Shown here piece by piece: positions 9,549 through 18,961 of a stretch of 46,495 nucleotides of DNA. Location of the stretch: NCBI GenBank assembly GCA_001512685.1, contig LFSG01000004.1, forward strand, positions 1 through 46,495, in the 5' to 3' direction. The stretch is from Clostridiales bacterium DTU072 (lineage in GTDB: Bacteria > Bacillota > Clostridia > Christensenellales > DTU072). The notes below the pieces were generated by a model, which was not told where the DNA came from, made no database searches, and saw nothing but the letters and a program-made list of their open reading frames with translations. Position 1 is the stretch's first letter. Every line of letters starts with the position of its first letter. Made by a program: the position numbers and the translations under genes.

Positions 9549-11381
9549 ATGAGCGGGATAGCTGGTTGGGCTGATTTTGGCGGCAACGAAAGGAAGGAGA
9601 GCGTCTTAAACGGTATGCTGTCGGCGTTAAGGCATAGAGGGCGCGACCAAGAGGGCGTTTTTGAGGATAAAATAATCACCCTTATGCAAAGCAGGCTGGT
9701 AATAAAGGATGCCGAGGGGGGCAAACAGCCCATGACCGTTCAAACACACAGAGAAACCTATACCATAGCGTGCGACGGTCGGCTGTTTAACGCTCAAGAA
9801 ATTAAAAACCGCCTTGAAGAGTTGGGGCACGCTTTCAGCGGATATTCGGACGCCGAAGTGGCGCTCAGGGCGTTTATCGAATGGGGGGAGGAATGTCTTC
9901 AAAAGCTTAACGGCGTTTTTGCTTTCGCCGTATGGCAACACAAAAAGAAAAAGCTGTTTCTTTGTCGGGACAGAATAGGGGTAAAACCGCTGTTTTTTTA
10001 CAGATACAGAGAGGGGATTGTCTTTGCTTCGGGAATTAAGGTTTTAATGAAAAACCCGTTGGTGAAAGCTGAAATAGACCAAACTGGACTTAAGCAAATA
10101 ATGCTGCTCGGCCCCGCCAGAATACCCGGAAGCGGAATCATAAAAGATGTGAGGGAGCTTAAAGGCGGGGAATACCTTTATTGCGACAAGGAAAACCTCT
10201 ATATTGTCAATTATTGGCGCGTTCAAGCCTGCCGCCACTCCGACGATAAAGAGCAAACGTTGGAGAAGGTGAAGTATTTGGTTGCCGACGCCGTGGAAAG
10301 GCAATTGACGGGCGATTGTGCAATCGCTTGCTTTCTGTCGGGGGGATTGGATTCCAGCATAATATCTTATATCGCCGCCAAAAAATCAAGCGCTTTGGGA
10401 AAGATGCTTTCCACATATTCTATAAGCTACAAAGATAGCGACAAATATTTTCGGCAAAACGCTTATCAGCCTTCTTCCGACGATTATTTCATAAAAATAA
10501 TGAGCGCTTATATAGGAAGCGCCCACTACAATGTGGAGCTTGAGGACAAGGAAGTTGCAGACGCTGTGTTGACGGCGGCTTTGGCAAGGGATTTGCCGGG
10601 TATGGGGGATATAGATTCGGCGCTGCTTTTGAGCTGTCAAAAAATCAAAAGCGCCCACTGCGTGATTTTATCGGGAGAGTGCGCCGACGAGCTTTTTGGG
10701 GGATATCCTTGGTATTACAAAGACGATATGCTTTTTCGCGACACCTTCCCTTGGTCAAATTCCTTGGAATTCAGAAAAGCCTTGTTCAAAAAAGAATTTA
10801 TCGGCCAAGACGCCGATGAATTTGTGAAAGCCCAATACGAAAGCGCCTTGGCGTTAACCGATTATTTGGATGAAGACGACGACAGAGAAAAGCGTATTCG
10901 GGAAATGTTTACGCTCAATTTTTATTGGTTTATGCAGACGCTGCTGGAAAGAAACGATAGAATGAGCATGTTCTGCGGCGTGGAATCAAGAACGCCTTTT
11001 TGCGATTACAGGCTGGTGGAGTACGCATACAATATGCCTTATCGATTGAAATTCTTCAAGGGCAGAGAAAAGGGCATATTGAGGGAAGCGTTTAAGAATT
11101 CTTTGCCCCAAGAAATTATCGAGCGCAAAAAAAGCCCCTTTCCCAAAACCTTTAATCCTTTATACGCCCGGCTGATTAAGCAAAAATTAAAAGAGGCCTT
11201 GGCGGACAGTTCAAGCGCGCTCAACGCCATTGTAAATGGAGAATATCTGCGCCAGCTTTTGGACTGCGACGCCGATTTAAGAGAGCCGTGGTTTGGACAG
11301 CTTATGAAGCTTCCTCAAGTTTATGCGTATTTGCTGCAAATCGATATGTTTTTCAAAACATTCTCCTTGAAATTGTCGTAA
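9549..11381 (+). CDS. asnB: Asparagine synthetase family protein (AsnB/AsnO-like) with degenerate glutaminase domain
   Basis: LSGGLDSS, SGECADELFGGY, DRMSM, RKKSPFP present; N-terminus is MSGIAG instead of MCGIAG. Confidence 0.85.
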   Translation: MSGIAGWADFGGNERKESVLNGMLSALRHRGRDQEGVFEDKIITLMQSRLVIKDAEGGKQPMTVQTHRETYTIACDGRLFNAQEIKNRLEELGHAFSGYSDAEVALRAFIEWGEECLQKLNGVFAFAVWQHKKKKLFLCRDRIGVKPLFFYRYREGIVFASGIKVLMKNPLVKAEIDQTGLKQIMLLGPARIPGSGIIKDVRELKGGEYLYCDKENLYIVNYWRVQACRHSDDKEQTLEKVKYLVADAVERQLTGDCAIACFLSGGLDSSIISYIAAKKSSALGKMLSTYSISYKDSDKYFRQNAYQPSSDDYFIKIMSAYIGSAHYNVELEDKEVADAVLTAALARDLPGMGDIDSALLLSCQKIKSAHCVILSGECADELFGGYPWYYKDDMLFRDTFPWSNSLEFRKALFKKEFIGQDADEFVKAQYESALALTDYLDEDDDREKRIREMFTLNFYWFMQTLLERNDRMSMFCGVESRTPFCDYRLVEYAYNMPYRLKFFKGREKGILREAFKNSLPQEIIERKKSPFPKTFNPLYARLIKQKLKEALADSSSALNAIVNGEYLRQLLDCDADLREPWFGQLMKLPQVYAYLLQIDMFFKTFSLKLS

Positions 11382-11422
11382 TATTTCCTTTTATAAGAAA
11401 ATAAAATTATGAAAGGGGCATG

Positions 11423-11451
11423 TTGACATTGCGGTTTTTGGGTGTTATACT
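11423..11451 (+). promoter_or_regulatory. Strong sigma-A promoter of ferredoxin
   Basis: TTGACA-17nt-TATACT with TG extension. Confidence 0.8.
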
Positions 11452-11481
11452 AAATAAAAACAAAAAGGAGAATTTATACAT

Positions 11482-11652
11482 ATGGCATATGTAATCAGCG
11501 ATGCTTGCATTTCTTGCGGAGCCTGCGAATCCGCTTGTCCCACCGAAGCCATTTCGGCAGGAGAAACTCAATATGTAATAGATGCCGACACCTGCATAAG
11601 TTGCGGCAGCTGCGCGGAAATATGTCCGCAGGAAGCTATCAGCGAAGAATAA
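11482..11652 (+). CDS. fdx: 2[4Fe-4S] clostridial-type ferredoxin, 56 aa (not in ORF track)
   Basis: MAYVISDACISCGACESACPTEAISAGETQYVIDADTCISCGSCAEICPQEAISEE; two CxxCxxCxxxCP motifs; SD AAGGAG. Confidence 0.96.
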   Translation: MAYVISDACISCGACESACPTEAISAGETQYVIDADTCISCGSCAEICPQEAISEE

Positions 11653-11670
11653 TTTATTAAACCTTATCGA

Positions 11671-11706
11671 GACATCGCCATCAATGATGGCGATGTCGTC
11701 GTTTTA
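11671..11706 (+). terminator. Hairpin after ferredoxin, probable terminator with a weak U-tract
   Basis: GACATCGCCATCA-A-TGATGGCGATGTC followed by GTCGTTTT. Confidence 0.6.
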
Positions 11707-11713
11707 GCACAAA

Positions 11714-13744
11714 ATGAAAAAAGCCTTAACCGAGTTAAAAAAAGCCCTTTTGTTAAAATATGGCGACGAAAGCCTTGCGTTTGAAAGCTATATGAAAGAG
11801 GTTTTTGAAAAATACGACGACATATGGCAAATCTCGGAGGCTTTTTATTTTTATTACGATGAGGAAAGGCGGAAAATCAATAAAGACAAACGGCAGCGCC
11901 AAAGAGTGAAGAGCCATGACCTGCACATCGCCACGCAGTTTTTTACCCCCAAATGGCTGGTGGAATATATAACCGACAATTCTTTGGGCAGGTTTTTGCC
12001 CGATATATCCAAACGCTTCCTTGACGGGGAGCATTTTGTTTGTTCCAAAGAAGTTGTTACCGTTTTCGATCCCGCCGTGGGAACAGGCAACATGCTGGTT
12101 TATGCCTATGATTTGCTGCAAAAGCATTATTTGGCGAAAGGGTTTAAGGCTGAGGATATTCCGCCCTTGATTTTGGATAATTTATACGGTCTGGATATCG
12201 ACGACAGGGCGGTAAGCGTTGCGAAAAAGTTGCTTTTGAAAAAATCGGGATTGAAAAACTTTGATTTCCATATTTATTCTTTTGAAGATATAGACAATGA
12301 CCTTATCGAAAAAGCCGAAAAAGAAGGTTTTGTCCGTTTATCGGAATTTTTGTCCAAGCATAGAAATCTTAAGCAGCTTGGCAGTATAATAAAAGTTTAT
12401 GAGGAATTGGCTGATGACATAGAGCTTTTTATGAGCCGTGTGCAAGAAAAAGAAAAAAATATATTGAAAGCCCTTGCGCTGCTCACAAAAAAATACCATG
12501 TTATCCTGCTCAACCCTCCTTATTTGTCTTCGTCGGATTATAACGAAGTTCTGAAGAGTTATATTTACGCTCATTACGAAAAGTATAAATACGATTTATT
12601 TGCCGTTTTTATTGTCAAAAGCTTGAGCATGCTTGAAAAAGGCGGCTTTATGGGCGTGGTGTGCCCGTATAACTGGATGTTCATAAAAAGCTTTTATAAT
12701 CTTCGCAAATTTATCGTGGACAAAAAGGGCATATTCAATGTGCTACAGCTGTCAAACGCCGCCTACAACCGCGCCGTGGTCTATCTTTCCGCTTTTGTGC
12801 TCTCCGATATTATACCCGAAAAAGGCAGCTATATAAGGCTTACTTCCTTCAAAGGCAAGGAACAGGAACAGAGGGCGCTGGAGGCTGTTAAGCTTCCTAA
12901 GCGGTATAAATACAATATAAGTCAAAATATCTTCAAAAAAACGCCCCTTTATAATTTAATATATTGGACGAACGATAATTTTATCGCCAACTTCTCACAC
13001 CGCAAATTGGGCGAGTTTTTGGAAATAAGGCAGGGCATGGCCACGGGAGACAACAAAAAATTCTTGAGAAAAATAGAGGACATAAACCCAAACGATATAG
13101 CCTTTGAGGCCGAAAGCATTGAACATTTTGACTCTTTGGGCAAAAAATACGCACTTTACAATAAGGGCGGGAAATACCGCAAATGGTACGGCAATGTGGA
13201 ACATGTCATAGCTTTTGATAAAAAAAGCCGAAAACAGCTTCAATCTCAAGGCAACAGAATGCCGTCAAGGCAATATTATTTCAAAGAGTGCATAACTTGG
13301 ACTTTGGTATCCAGTAAAGGCCACTTTGGGGCACGATACAGCAAAAACAGCGTTTTTGATGTAGGGGGCTCCTGCGCTTTTGTCAAGCTCGGCAGTCCTG
13401 TAAGCATTTATGTTTTTTTGGGGTTTTTGTGCAGCAACACCGCAAACTTGTATCTTAACGCCTTAAATCCCACCCTCAACGCCCAAGTGGGAGACATAAA
13501 AAACTTGCCTTTTCTCGTTCCCGACGAGAAAAGCCAAACCGAGATAGAAGCGCTTGTAAAAGAGAATATTGATATCGCGCAAAGAGATTGGTATAATAAA
13601 AGCCATAAAAATGATTTCGGCAAAATGAAAGCCAATGAAGAAAGAATCAACGAGATATTTATTAAGCTGTATAAGCTGGAAAAGCTGCTTAATAAATCCG
13701 TACCCGATAATTTGATAACATTAAGGAGGGATAATGAAGAATAA
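11714..13744 (+). CDS. N6-adenine DNA methyltransferase, miniaturised BREX-1 PglX-like
   Basis: ATQFFTPKWLVEYITDNSLGR, DPAVGTGNMLVYAYDLL (motif I), LYGLDIDDRA, NPPY (motif IV), QGMATGDN, NKGGKYRKWYGN, NPTLNAQVGDI, NEERINEIFIKLY. Confidence 0.85.
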   Translation: MKKALTELKKALLLKYGDESLAFESYMKEVFEKYDDIWQISEAFYFYYDEERRKINKDKRQRQRVKSHDLHIATQFFTPKWLVEYITDNSLGRFLPDISKRFLDGEHFVCSKEVVTVFDPAVGTGNMLVYAYDLLQKHYLAKGFKAEDIPPLILDNLYGLDIDDRAVSVAKKLLLKKSGLKNFDFHIYSFEDIDNDLIEKAEKEGFVRLSEFLSKHRNLKQLGSIIKVYEELADDIELFMSRVQEKEKNILKALALLTKKYHVILLNPPYLSSSDYNEVLKSYIYAHYEKYKYDLFAVFIVKSLSMLEKGGFMGVVCPYNWMFIKSFYNLRKFIVDKKGIFNVLQLSNAAYNRAVVYLSAFVLSDIIPEKGSYIRLTSFKGKEQEQRALEAVKLPKRYKYNISQNIFKKTPLYNLIYWTNDNFIANFSHRKLGEFLEIRQGMATGDNKKFLRKIEDINPNDIAFEAESIEHFDSLGKKYALYNKGGKYRKWYGNVEHVIAFDKKSRKQLQSQGNRMPSRQYYFKECITWTLVSSKGHFGARYSKNSVFDVGGSCAFVKLGSPVSIYVFLGFLCSNTANLYLNALNPTLNAQVGDIKNLPFLVPDEKSQTEIEALVKENIDIAQRDWYNKSHKNDFGKMKANEERINEIFIKLYKLEKLLNKSVPDNLITLRRDNEE

Positions 13745-14813
13745 CGCAACCTACCCCACAAGATTGGCTTTAAGAAAACTGGTCTTGCAAACGATAGGGC
13801 AGAAGGCGAAAAAAAGAAAGCAATTGATAATGGATGTCATAAACAAATGCGGATACGGCAAAGAAGAGCTTAAAGACACCGGAAGCGACAGTCTGTCCAC
13901 AAGACTCAAGAGCTTTACGGGCATAGTCATTAACGAGCTTTTGGAAGAAAAGGCGCTTCTTATGACCGACGATTTCAAAATCGTGTCCGCCGAAAGCTTG
14001 CCCGACAAAAAAGAAATCTTGGAAATATTCTTAAAAAAATATCTTATCGAAGACGAACTGAAGGACAATTCCCCCAGCGGCAAGAAAAATATCATCAAAG
14101 CTGTGCTGGGCGACCTCATTAGGCGCAAGCGCAGCGAGATAGCGAAGGCCATAGACGTCGTCGCCTATCTTGACGAGGAATTGCGCAAAAACGAAACCGT
14201 ATACAATAACATAATCAAGCAAAAAGAAAAATGCTATCCGCAAACGCCGCTGGGCAATAAGCTTAAGCTCATTAATAAAAGGTTCAACGACTGCAAAAAA
14301 GGCGCGCTTAAAAAGGAAATATACCGCAAAGAAGCTCATAAAACGGCTATGGAATGCATCAGCTTGGCGGGCGGCGAATTCTTTGAGCGGTTTTGCATGA
14401 GTCTAATCAAGGCCTGCTACGGCGACAAGGTCATTAAGGACGAATTGACGGCGGGGCCCGGGGACAAGGGCATTGACGGCATTATCATTGTATGTGACGA
14501 AATAGGCTTTAAGGAAAAGATTTTGATTCAGGCAAAGACCAAAAGGAAAAGAGGCTTCATTCCGCTCAGCGAAATAAGAGAATTTTTGGGCGTAATGACT
14601 TCGGAAAACGCCACCAAAGGACTTATGATATCCAACAGCAATTATCATAAAGAAACCGAAAAGTTCGCGTCCAAGGTCAAAAACCTTATATTGATAGACC
14701 AAAAAAAGCTTATCGAGCTTATGGAAAAATATCAGATAGGCTTTGTGAATGAAGACGGCATAATTAAGATTGACGAGGCTTTGTTCCTGGAAGAGCAAAA
14801 GGCCGTTTGTTGA
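13734..14813 (+). CDS. Mrr-family restriction endonuclease (C-terminal Mrr_cat) with extended helical N-terminus
   Basis: FFERFC, GPGDKGIDG, IQAK, IREFLG, KGLMIS, LILID motifs; SD AAGGAGG inside the MTase gene; 11-nt overlap. Confidence 0.85.
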   Translation: MKNNATYPTRLALRKLVLQTIGQKAKKRKQLIMDVINKCGYGKEELKDTGSDSLSTRLKSFTGIVINELLEEKALLMTDDFKIVSAESLPDKKEILEIFLKKYLIEDELKDNSPSGKKNIIKAVLGDLIRRKRSEIAKAIDVVAYLDEELRKNETVYNNIIKQKEKCYPQTPLGNKLKLINKRFNDCKKGALKKEIYRKEAHKTAMECISLAGGEFFERFCMSLIKACYGDKVIKDELTAGPGDKGIDGIIIVCDEIGFKEKILIQAKTKRKRGFIPLSEIREFLGVMTSENATKGLMISNSNYHKETEKFASKVKNLILIDQKKLIELMEKYQIGFVNEDGIIKIDEALFLEEQKAVC

Positions 14814-14818
14814 CAATT

Positions 14819-14848
14819 AAAAAGCCGCCCGATATCGGGCGGCTTTTT
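14819..14848. terminator. Bidirectional intrinsic terminator
   Basis: Perfect palindrome AAAAAGCCGCCCGATATCGGGCGGCTTTTT between convergent genes. Confidence 0.88.
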
Positions 14849-14857
14849 TGTTAATCT

Positions 14858-15913
14858 TTAGTTTACTTTGATTACCCAGCCGAAGGAGTCTTCCAGCTTT
14901 CCGTATTGAATGCCCGTAATGGTGTCATAAAGGAAAGAGGAAATCTTGCCCATTTCATTGTTGTTGATTATTATGTCTTTGCCGCGGTATCCCAGCGTTC
15001 CCACGGGGGATATGACCGCCGCCGTTCCGCAGCCGAAAACCTCGTCAAGCTTGCCTTCTTCGTAAGCCTGCATAACTTCGTCCACGGTTATTCTGCATTC
15101 TTCTACGGGTAGGCCTTCTTTCTTCAATACCTTTATTGCGCTGTCTCGCGTAATTCCAGGCAGAATGGAGCCCACAAGCGCGGGCGTCTTCACTACGCCG
15201 TCAATCACAAAGAAAATGTTCATGGCGCCCACTTCCTCGATGTATTTGCGCTCTTTGGCGTCCAACCACAATACTTGGTCGTAACCCTTTTGCGCGGCCA
15301 ACTCGCCCGCAAGCAAGCTGGCGGCGTAATTGCCCATGCATTTAGCTTCGCCCGTTCCGCCCAAAGGACACCTTACATAATTTTCTTCTATCATAATCTT
15401 AGTGGGTTGAAGGCCGTTGGCGTAATAAGAGCCCACGGGGGAGAGGATTACGAAAAATTTGTAATTGTGAGCGGGATGAACGCCCAGCATATTGTCGTGC
15501 GCTATCATGGTGGGGCGAATGTAAAGGGAAGCGCCTTCTTGGGTGGGGATCCAGTCGGCGTCGATTTTTATAAGCTCTTTTATGCCTTCAATGACTTCTT
15601 CCACATCAAGGGTAGGCATGCACATTCTTTTGGCCGAATTGTTCATTCTCTTAATGTTGTCATAGGAACGGAACATGGTGATTTTGCCTTGTTTGTCTTT
15701 GTAGGCTTTCATGCCTTCAAAGATGCCCTGTCCGTAATGCAAAACATTGCAGCTGGGATCAATCATGAACGATTGATAGGGCGCAATCTGCATTTCTTGC
15801 CATTTGCCGTGGGTATAATCCATAACCAGCATATGATCGGTAAAGTACTTGCCAAAACCTAACTTGGTAAAATCGGGTTTGGCTTTTTTCTCGGTGGTCA
15901 ATGTTATTTTCAT
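14858..15913 (-). CDS. ilvE: Branched-chain amino acid aminotransferase
   Basis: FGKYFTDHM, LHYGQGIFEGMKAY, LYIRP, K..GNYA, EEVGAMN, ILPGITRDS, GTAAVISP. Confidence 0.96.
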   Translation of the reverse strand: MKITLTTEKKAKPDFTKLGFGKYFTDHMLVMDYTHGKWQEMQIAPYQSFMIDPSCNVLHYGQGIFEGMKAYKDKQGKITMFRSYDNIKRMNNSAKRMCMPTLDVEEVIEGIKELIKIDADWIPTQEGASLYIRPTMIAHDNMLGVHPAHNYKFFVILSPVGSYYANGLQPTKIMIEENYVRCPLGGTGEAKCMGNYAASLLAGELAAQKGYDQVLWLDAKERKYIEEVGAMNIFFVIDGVVKTPALVGSILPGITRDSAIKVLKKEGLPVEECRITVDEVMQAYEEGKLDEVFGCGTAAVISPVGTLGYRGKDIIINNNEMGKISSFLYDTITGIQYGKLEDSFGWVIKVN

Positions 15914-15926
15914 TTTGCATCTCCTT

Positions 15927-16559
15927 TCAGTCGTTTAGGCTGTTATATAAATAATACTGTTTTTGTTTCCATTCGATTTGGCTTTTGCCTGCCGTCAACG
16001 ATAGCAAAAAGCTTTCAATCTTCTCTCGGTCTTCAACGGGACAGGCAAACTCAATGGTTACGCTATCGGTATATTGGGTATCCAAAAGTATGATTTTGTC
16101 ATCCCTAAAGCGCTGCAACAGTTTGGGGAGCTGAGCGTATTCCATATCGATTCGGGCCTTGAAGCACAATCTCATTTCCGCTATTTGAGCTTGATTCAAG
16201 GCATTTGCCGCCGATTGGGCGTAAGCGCTAGCCAGTCCCGACGCTCCCAATTTTATGCCCCCGAAATACCTTGTTACAATAACCGCGGTGTTATGAAGAT
16301 TTTTATTCTTCAGCGCTTGCAGTATGGGTTGTCCCGCAGTGCCCTGCGGCTCGCCGTCGTCGGAGAATTTTTGTCTGTTGTCAATCGTTCTTATTGCGTA
16401 ACAGTTATGGGTGGCGTCGGAATGCTTTGAGGAAATTTCTTTTATATACTCCATGCCTTCTTCAAAGCTTTCCACGCCTTTGGCTCGGCATATGAAAAGG
16501 GAGCGGCTTATTTCAAGTTTGCTTTGGCTTTCTCCTTTAACCGTATAATAACTGAGCAT
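15927..16559 (-). CDS. yigZ: YigZ/IMPACT family protein
   Basis: ATHNCYA, SDDGEPQGTAG, VTRYFGGIKLG. Confidence 0.93.
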   Translation of the reverse strand: MLSYYTVKGESQSKLEISRSLFICRAKGVESFEEGMEYIKEISSKHSDATHNCYAIRTIDNRQKFSDDGEPQGTAGQPILQALKNKNLHNTAVIVTRYFGGIKLGASGLASAYAQSAANALNQAQIAEMRLCFKARIDMEYAQLPKLLQRFRDDKIILLDTQYTDSVTIEFACPVEDREKIESFLLSLTAGKSQIEWKQKQYYLYNSLND

Positions 16560-17767
16560 CAGCTTATTACTTTTATACGCGTTTTTTTGCCTTTATGCAG
16601 GGTAAAGCCGTTTTGTCTTTGCTCGGGGGTGATTTCGTCGTCTATTGTTTTAACTCTCTGTCCGTCAATGGTTACGCCCCCGCCTTCGATTAGTCTCTTG
16701 GCTTCGCTTTTGGATTTGGTTAAATTCAAGCTTACCAAAATATCAATTATTAAATTGCTGTCGGTTGTCAGCTTCATTTTGGGCATATTGTCCTCGTCGC
16801 CCGAAAAAGCCGCTCTCGCTTGTTGTCGGGCTTGAAGAGCTTTCTCTTCCCCGTGCACTATTTTTGTTACCTCATACGCCAATATTTCCTTGGCTTTGTT
16901 TATTCTTTCGTCTTGATACTTCGTAAGTTCGTTTATTGTGTCCAAATCCAAATAAGTGAGGAATCTGAGGCACTTGTTTACATCGGCGTCGTCCACATTG
17001 CGGAAATATTGATAAAAATCATACGGCGAAGTCTTATTCTCGTCCAGCCAAATCGCGCCTTTTTGGGTCTTGCCCATTTTCTTGCCCTCCGAAGTGGTCA
17101 ACAGCTCGAAGGTGAGGGCGTAGGCGGCTTGGCCTTCTTTACGCCTTATCAAGTCCGCGCCCGCAAGGATGTTGGACCATTGGTCGTCTCCTCCGCATTG
17201 CAGCTTGCAGCCGTATTTACGATTGAGAACGAGAAAGTCGTAAGCCTGCATAAGCATGTAATTGAATTCCAAAAAAGTAAGCCCTTTCTCCATTCTGATT
17301 TTGAAGCACTCGGCGGTAAGCATTTTGTTTACGCTGAAGTGGACGCCTATTTCCCTTAAGAAATCCACATAATTCAATTCCAGCAGCCAGTCGGCGTTGT
17401 TTACCATAATCGCGGCGTTGGGGCCTTCGAAGCTGAAAAACTTTGACATTTGTTTTTTGAAGCATTCGCAATTATGGTCTATGGTTTCTTTTGTCATCAT
17501 TGTTCTTAAATCGCTACGCCCCGAAGGGTCGCCTATCATGGCGGTGCCGCCGCCTATAAGCACAATGGGCTTGTGCCCCGCTTTTTGCAGGCGGCTCATG
17601 GCCATAAGCGCCAAAAAGTGCCCCACATGCAAGCTGTCCGCCGTGGGATCAAAGCCCACATAAAAAGTTACGCTTTCGCTTCCAAGCAATTTATATAAAT
17701 CTTCTTCAAATACCGTTTGGCGAATGTAGCCTCTTTCCTTTAATGTGTCTAACGCGTTCTTTGCCAT
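16559..17767 (-). CDS. tyrS: Tyrosine--tRNA ligase
   Basis: [15 protein letters not shown] (HIGH), QAYDF, GGDDQW, KMGKT (KMSKS), C-terminal S4 domain. Confidence 0.97.
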   Translation of the reverse strand: MAKNALDTLKERGYIRQTVFEEDLYKLLGSESVTFYVGFDPTADSLHVGHFLALMAMSRLQKAGHKPIVLIGGGTAMIGDPSGRSDLRTMMTKETIDHNCECFKKQMSKFFSFEGPNAAIMVNNADWLLELNYVDFLREIGVHFSVNKMLTAECFKIRMEKGLTFLEFNYMLMQAYDFLVLNRKYGCKLQCGGDDQWSNILAGADLIRRKEGQAAYALTFELLTTSEGKKMGKTQKGAIWLDENKTSPYDFYQYFRNVDDADVNKCLRFLTYLDLDTINELTKYQDERINKAKEILAYEVTKIVHGEEKALQARQQARAAFSGDEDNMPKMKLTTDSNLIIDILVSLNLTKSKSEAKRLIEGGGVTIDGQRVKTIDDEITPEQRQNGFTLHKGKKTRIKVIS

Positions 17768-17776
17768 TGTTTCTCC

Positions 17777-18961
17777 TTAAATATGTTTTTTTATTACCTT
17801 GGCTATTCTTTTTATTCCCTCATCTATCTGCTCGGGCGTGGCGTTGGAAAAATTAAGCCTGAAATTGTTGCGCACATTGGCTTGGGGATAAAATGAATCG
17901 CCGCACACAAACGCCACATTTTCGGCTACGGCGTCCATAAACAGTTCATTGGCGTCCATGTGGGAAGGCAGCGTTACCCAAATGAAAAGTCCGCCTTCGG
18001 GTTTGGTATACTCTATGCCCTCGGGGAAATATTCCTGCATTTTCTGCAGCATCAAATCTTTTTTGCTTTTGTATATGGGAATTACCTTTTTAAGGTGAGG
18101 GTCCATGTATCCTTTGCGAAGATAGGCTTCCACGATTGCTTGGGACAATGAGGAGGTGTGCACGTCGGTGGCTTGCTTCCCTAAAGCCATTTTGCGTATA
18201 ATCTCTTTGCTGCCCACCGCAAACGCCGTTCTCAATCCCGGGCTTATTGTTTTTGAGAAAGAAATGATGTAAACCACATTTCCCGTTTTGTCAAATGATT
18301 TGATTGACCTAAGGCGCTTTCCCTCGTATCTCAATTCGCAATAAGGGTCGTCTTCAATCGCTATAACCGAATACCGCGCGCACAATTGCGCTATTTTTTC
18401 GCGCTTTGCTTCGCTTATTGTCTTGCCCGTGGGGTTGCCGAATGTGGGCACAAGATAAAGTATTTTTGGATTATATTGCTTCATTTTTTGTTCAAGGTCG
18501 TCCAAATCTATGCCGTCGTCGCCGCTCTTTACGCCCACGGGAACGGCTTGGTATGTTTTAAGTATATGCAGCGCCGCAAGATAAGTGGGTTCTTCCACAA
18601 GCGCATAGTCGCCTTTGTTCAAAAACGCTTTGAACATAAGATCGATACCTTGCTGTCCTCCGCTTACGGCGAGTATATTTTCCTTGCTTTGATTGTAAAT
18701 GCCCGCTCTTTTTATATATTCCAAGCCTTGCATAAGGAAAGGGGAATACCCTTCCGTTGCGCCGTATTGCAAAATACTTAAGGCCTTATCCGAAGACAAA
18801 ATTTCTTGAGTGATTTCTTTGATTTTGTCAAGCGGCAATCCTTCGTTGGAAGGCAGTCCGCCCGCGAACGATATTATCTCGGGCTTTGATAAAAGCTTGA
18901 AGATTTCTCTTATCGCGTTTGCCGAGAGATTTTTCATTCTGTCGCTGAAACGGTATTCCAT
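17777..18961 (-). CDS. PLP-dependent class I aminotransferase (LysN/2-aminoadipate transaminase-like)
   Basis: ISFAGGLP, NPTG, EDDPY, SFSKTISPGLR, RLNFS. Confidence 0.9.
   Translation of the reverse strand: MEYRFSDRMKNLSANAIREIFKLLSKPEIISFAGGLPSNEGLPLDKIKEITQEILSSDKALSILQYGATEGYSPFLMQGLEYIKRAGIYNQSKENILAVSGGQQGIDLMFKAFLNKGDYALVEEPTYLAALHILKTYQAVPVGVKSGDDGIDLDDLEQKMKQYNPKILYLVPTFGNPTGKTISEAKREKIAQLCARYSVIAIEDDPYCELRYEGKRLRSIKSFDKTGNVVYIISFSKTISPGLRTAFAVGSKEIIRKMALGKQATDVHTSSLSQAIVEAYLRKGYMDPHLKKVIPIYKSKKDLMLQKMQEYFPEGIEYTKPEGGLFIWVTLPSHMDANELFMDAVAENVAFVCGDSFYPQANVRNNFRLNFSNATPEQIDEGIKRIAKVIKKHI

Noticed and set aside
11653-14857. MTase-Mrr locus as a mobile island or complete BREX system
   Set aside because: No att repeats, integrase or transposase, no obvious compositional shift by eye, and no other brx genes
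17767-17800. T-box riboswitch expected before tyrS
   Set aside because: Only 9 nt separate tyrS from the upstream gene, and no T-box motif was seen upstream of the operon
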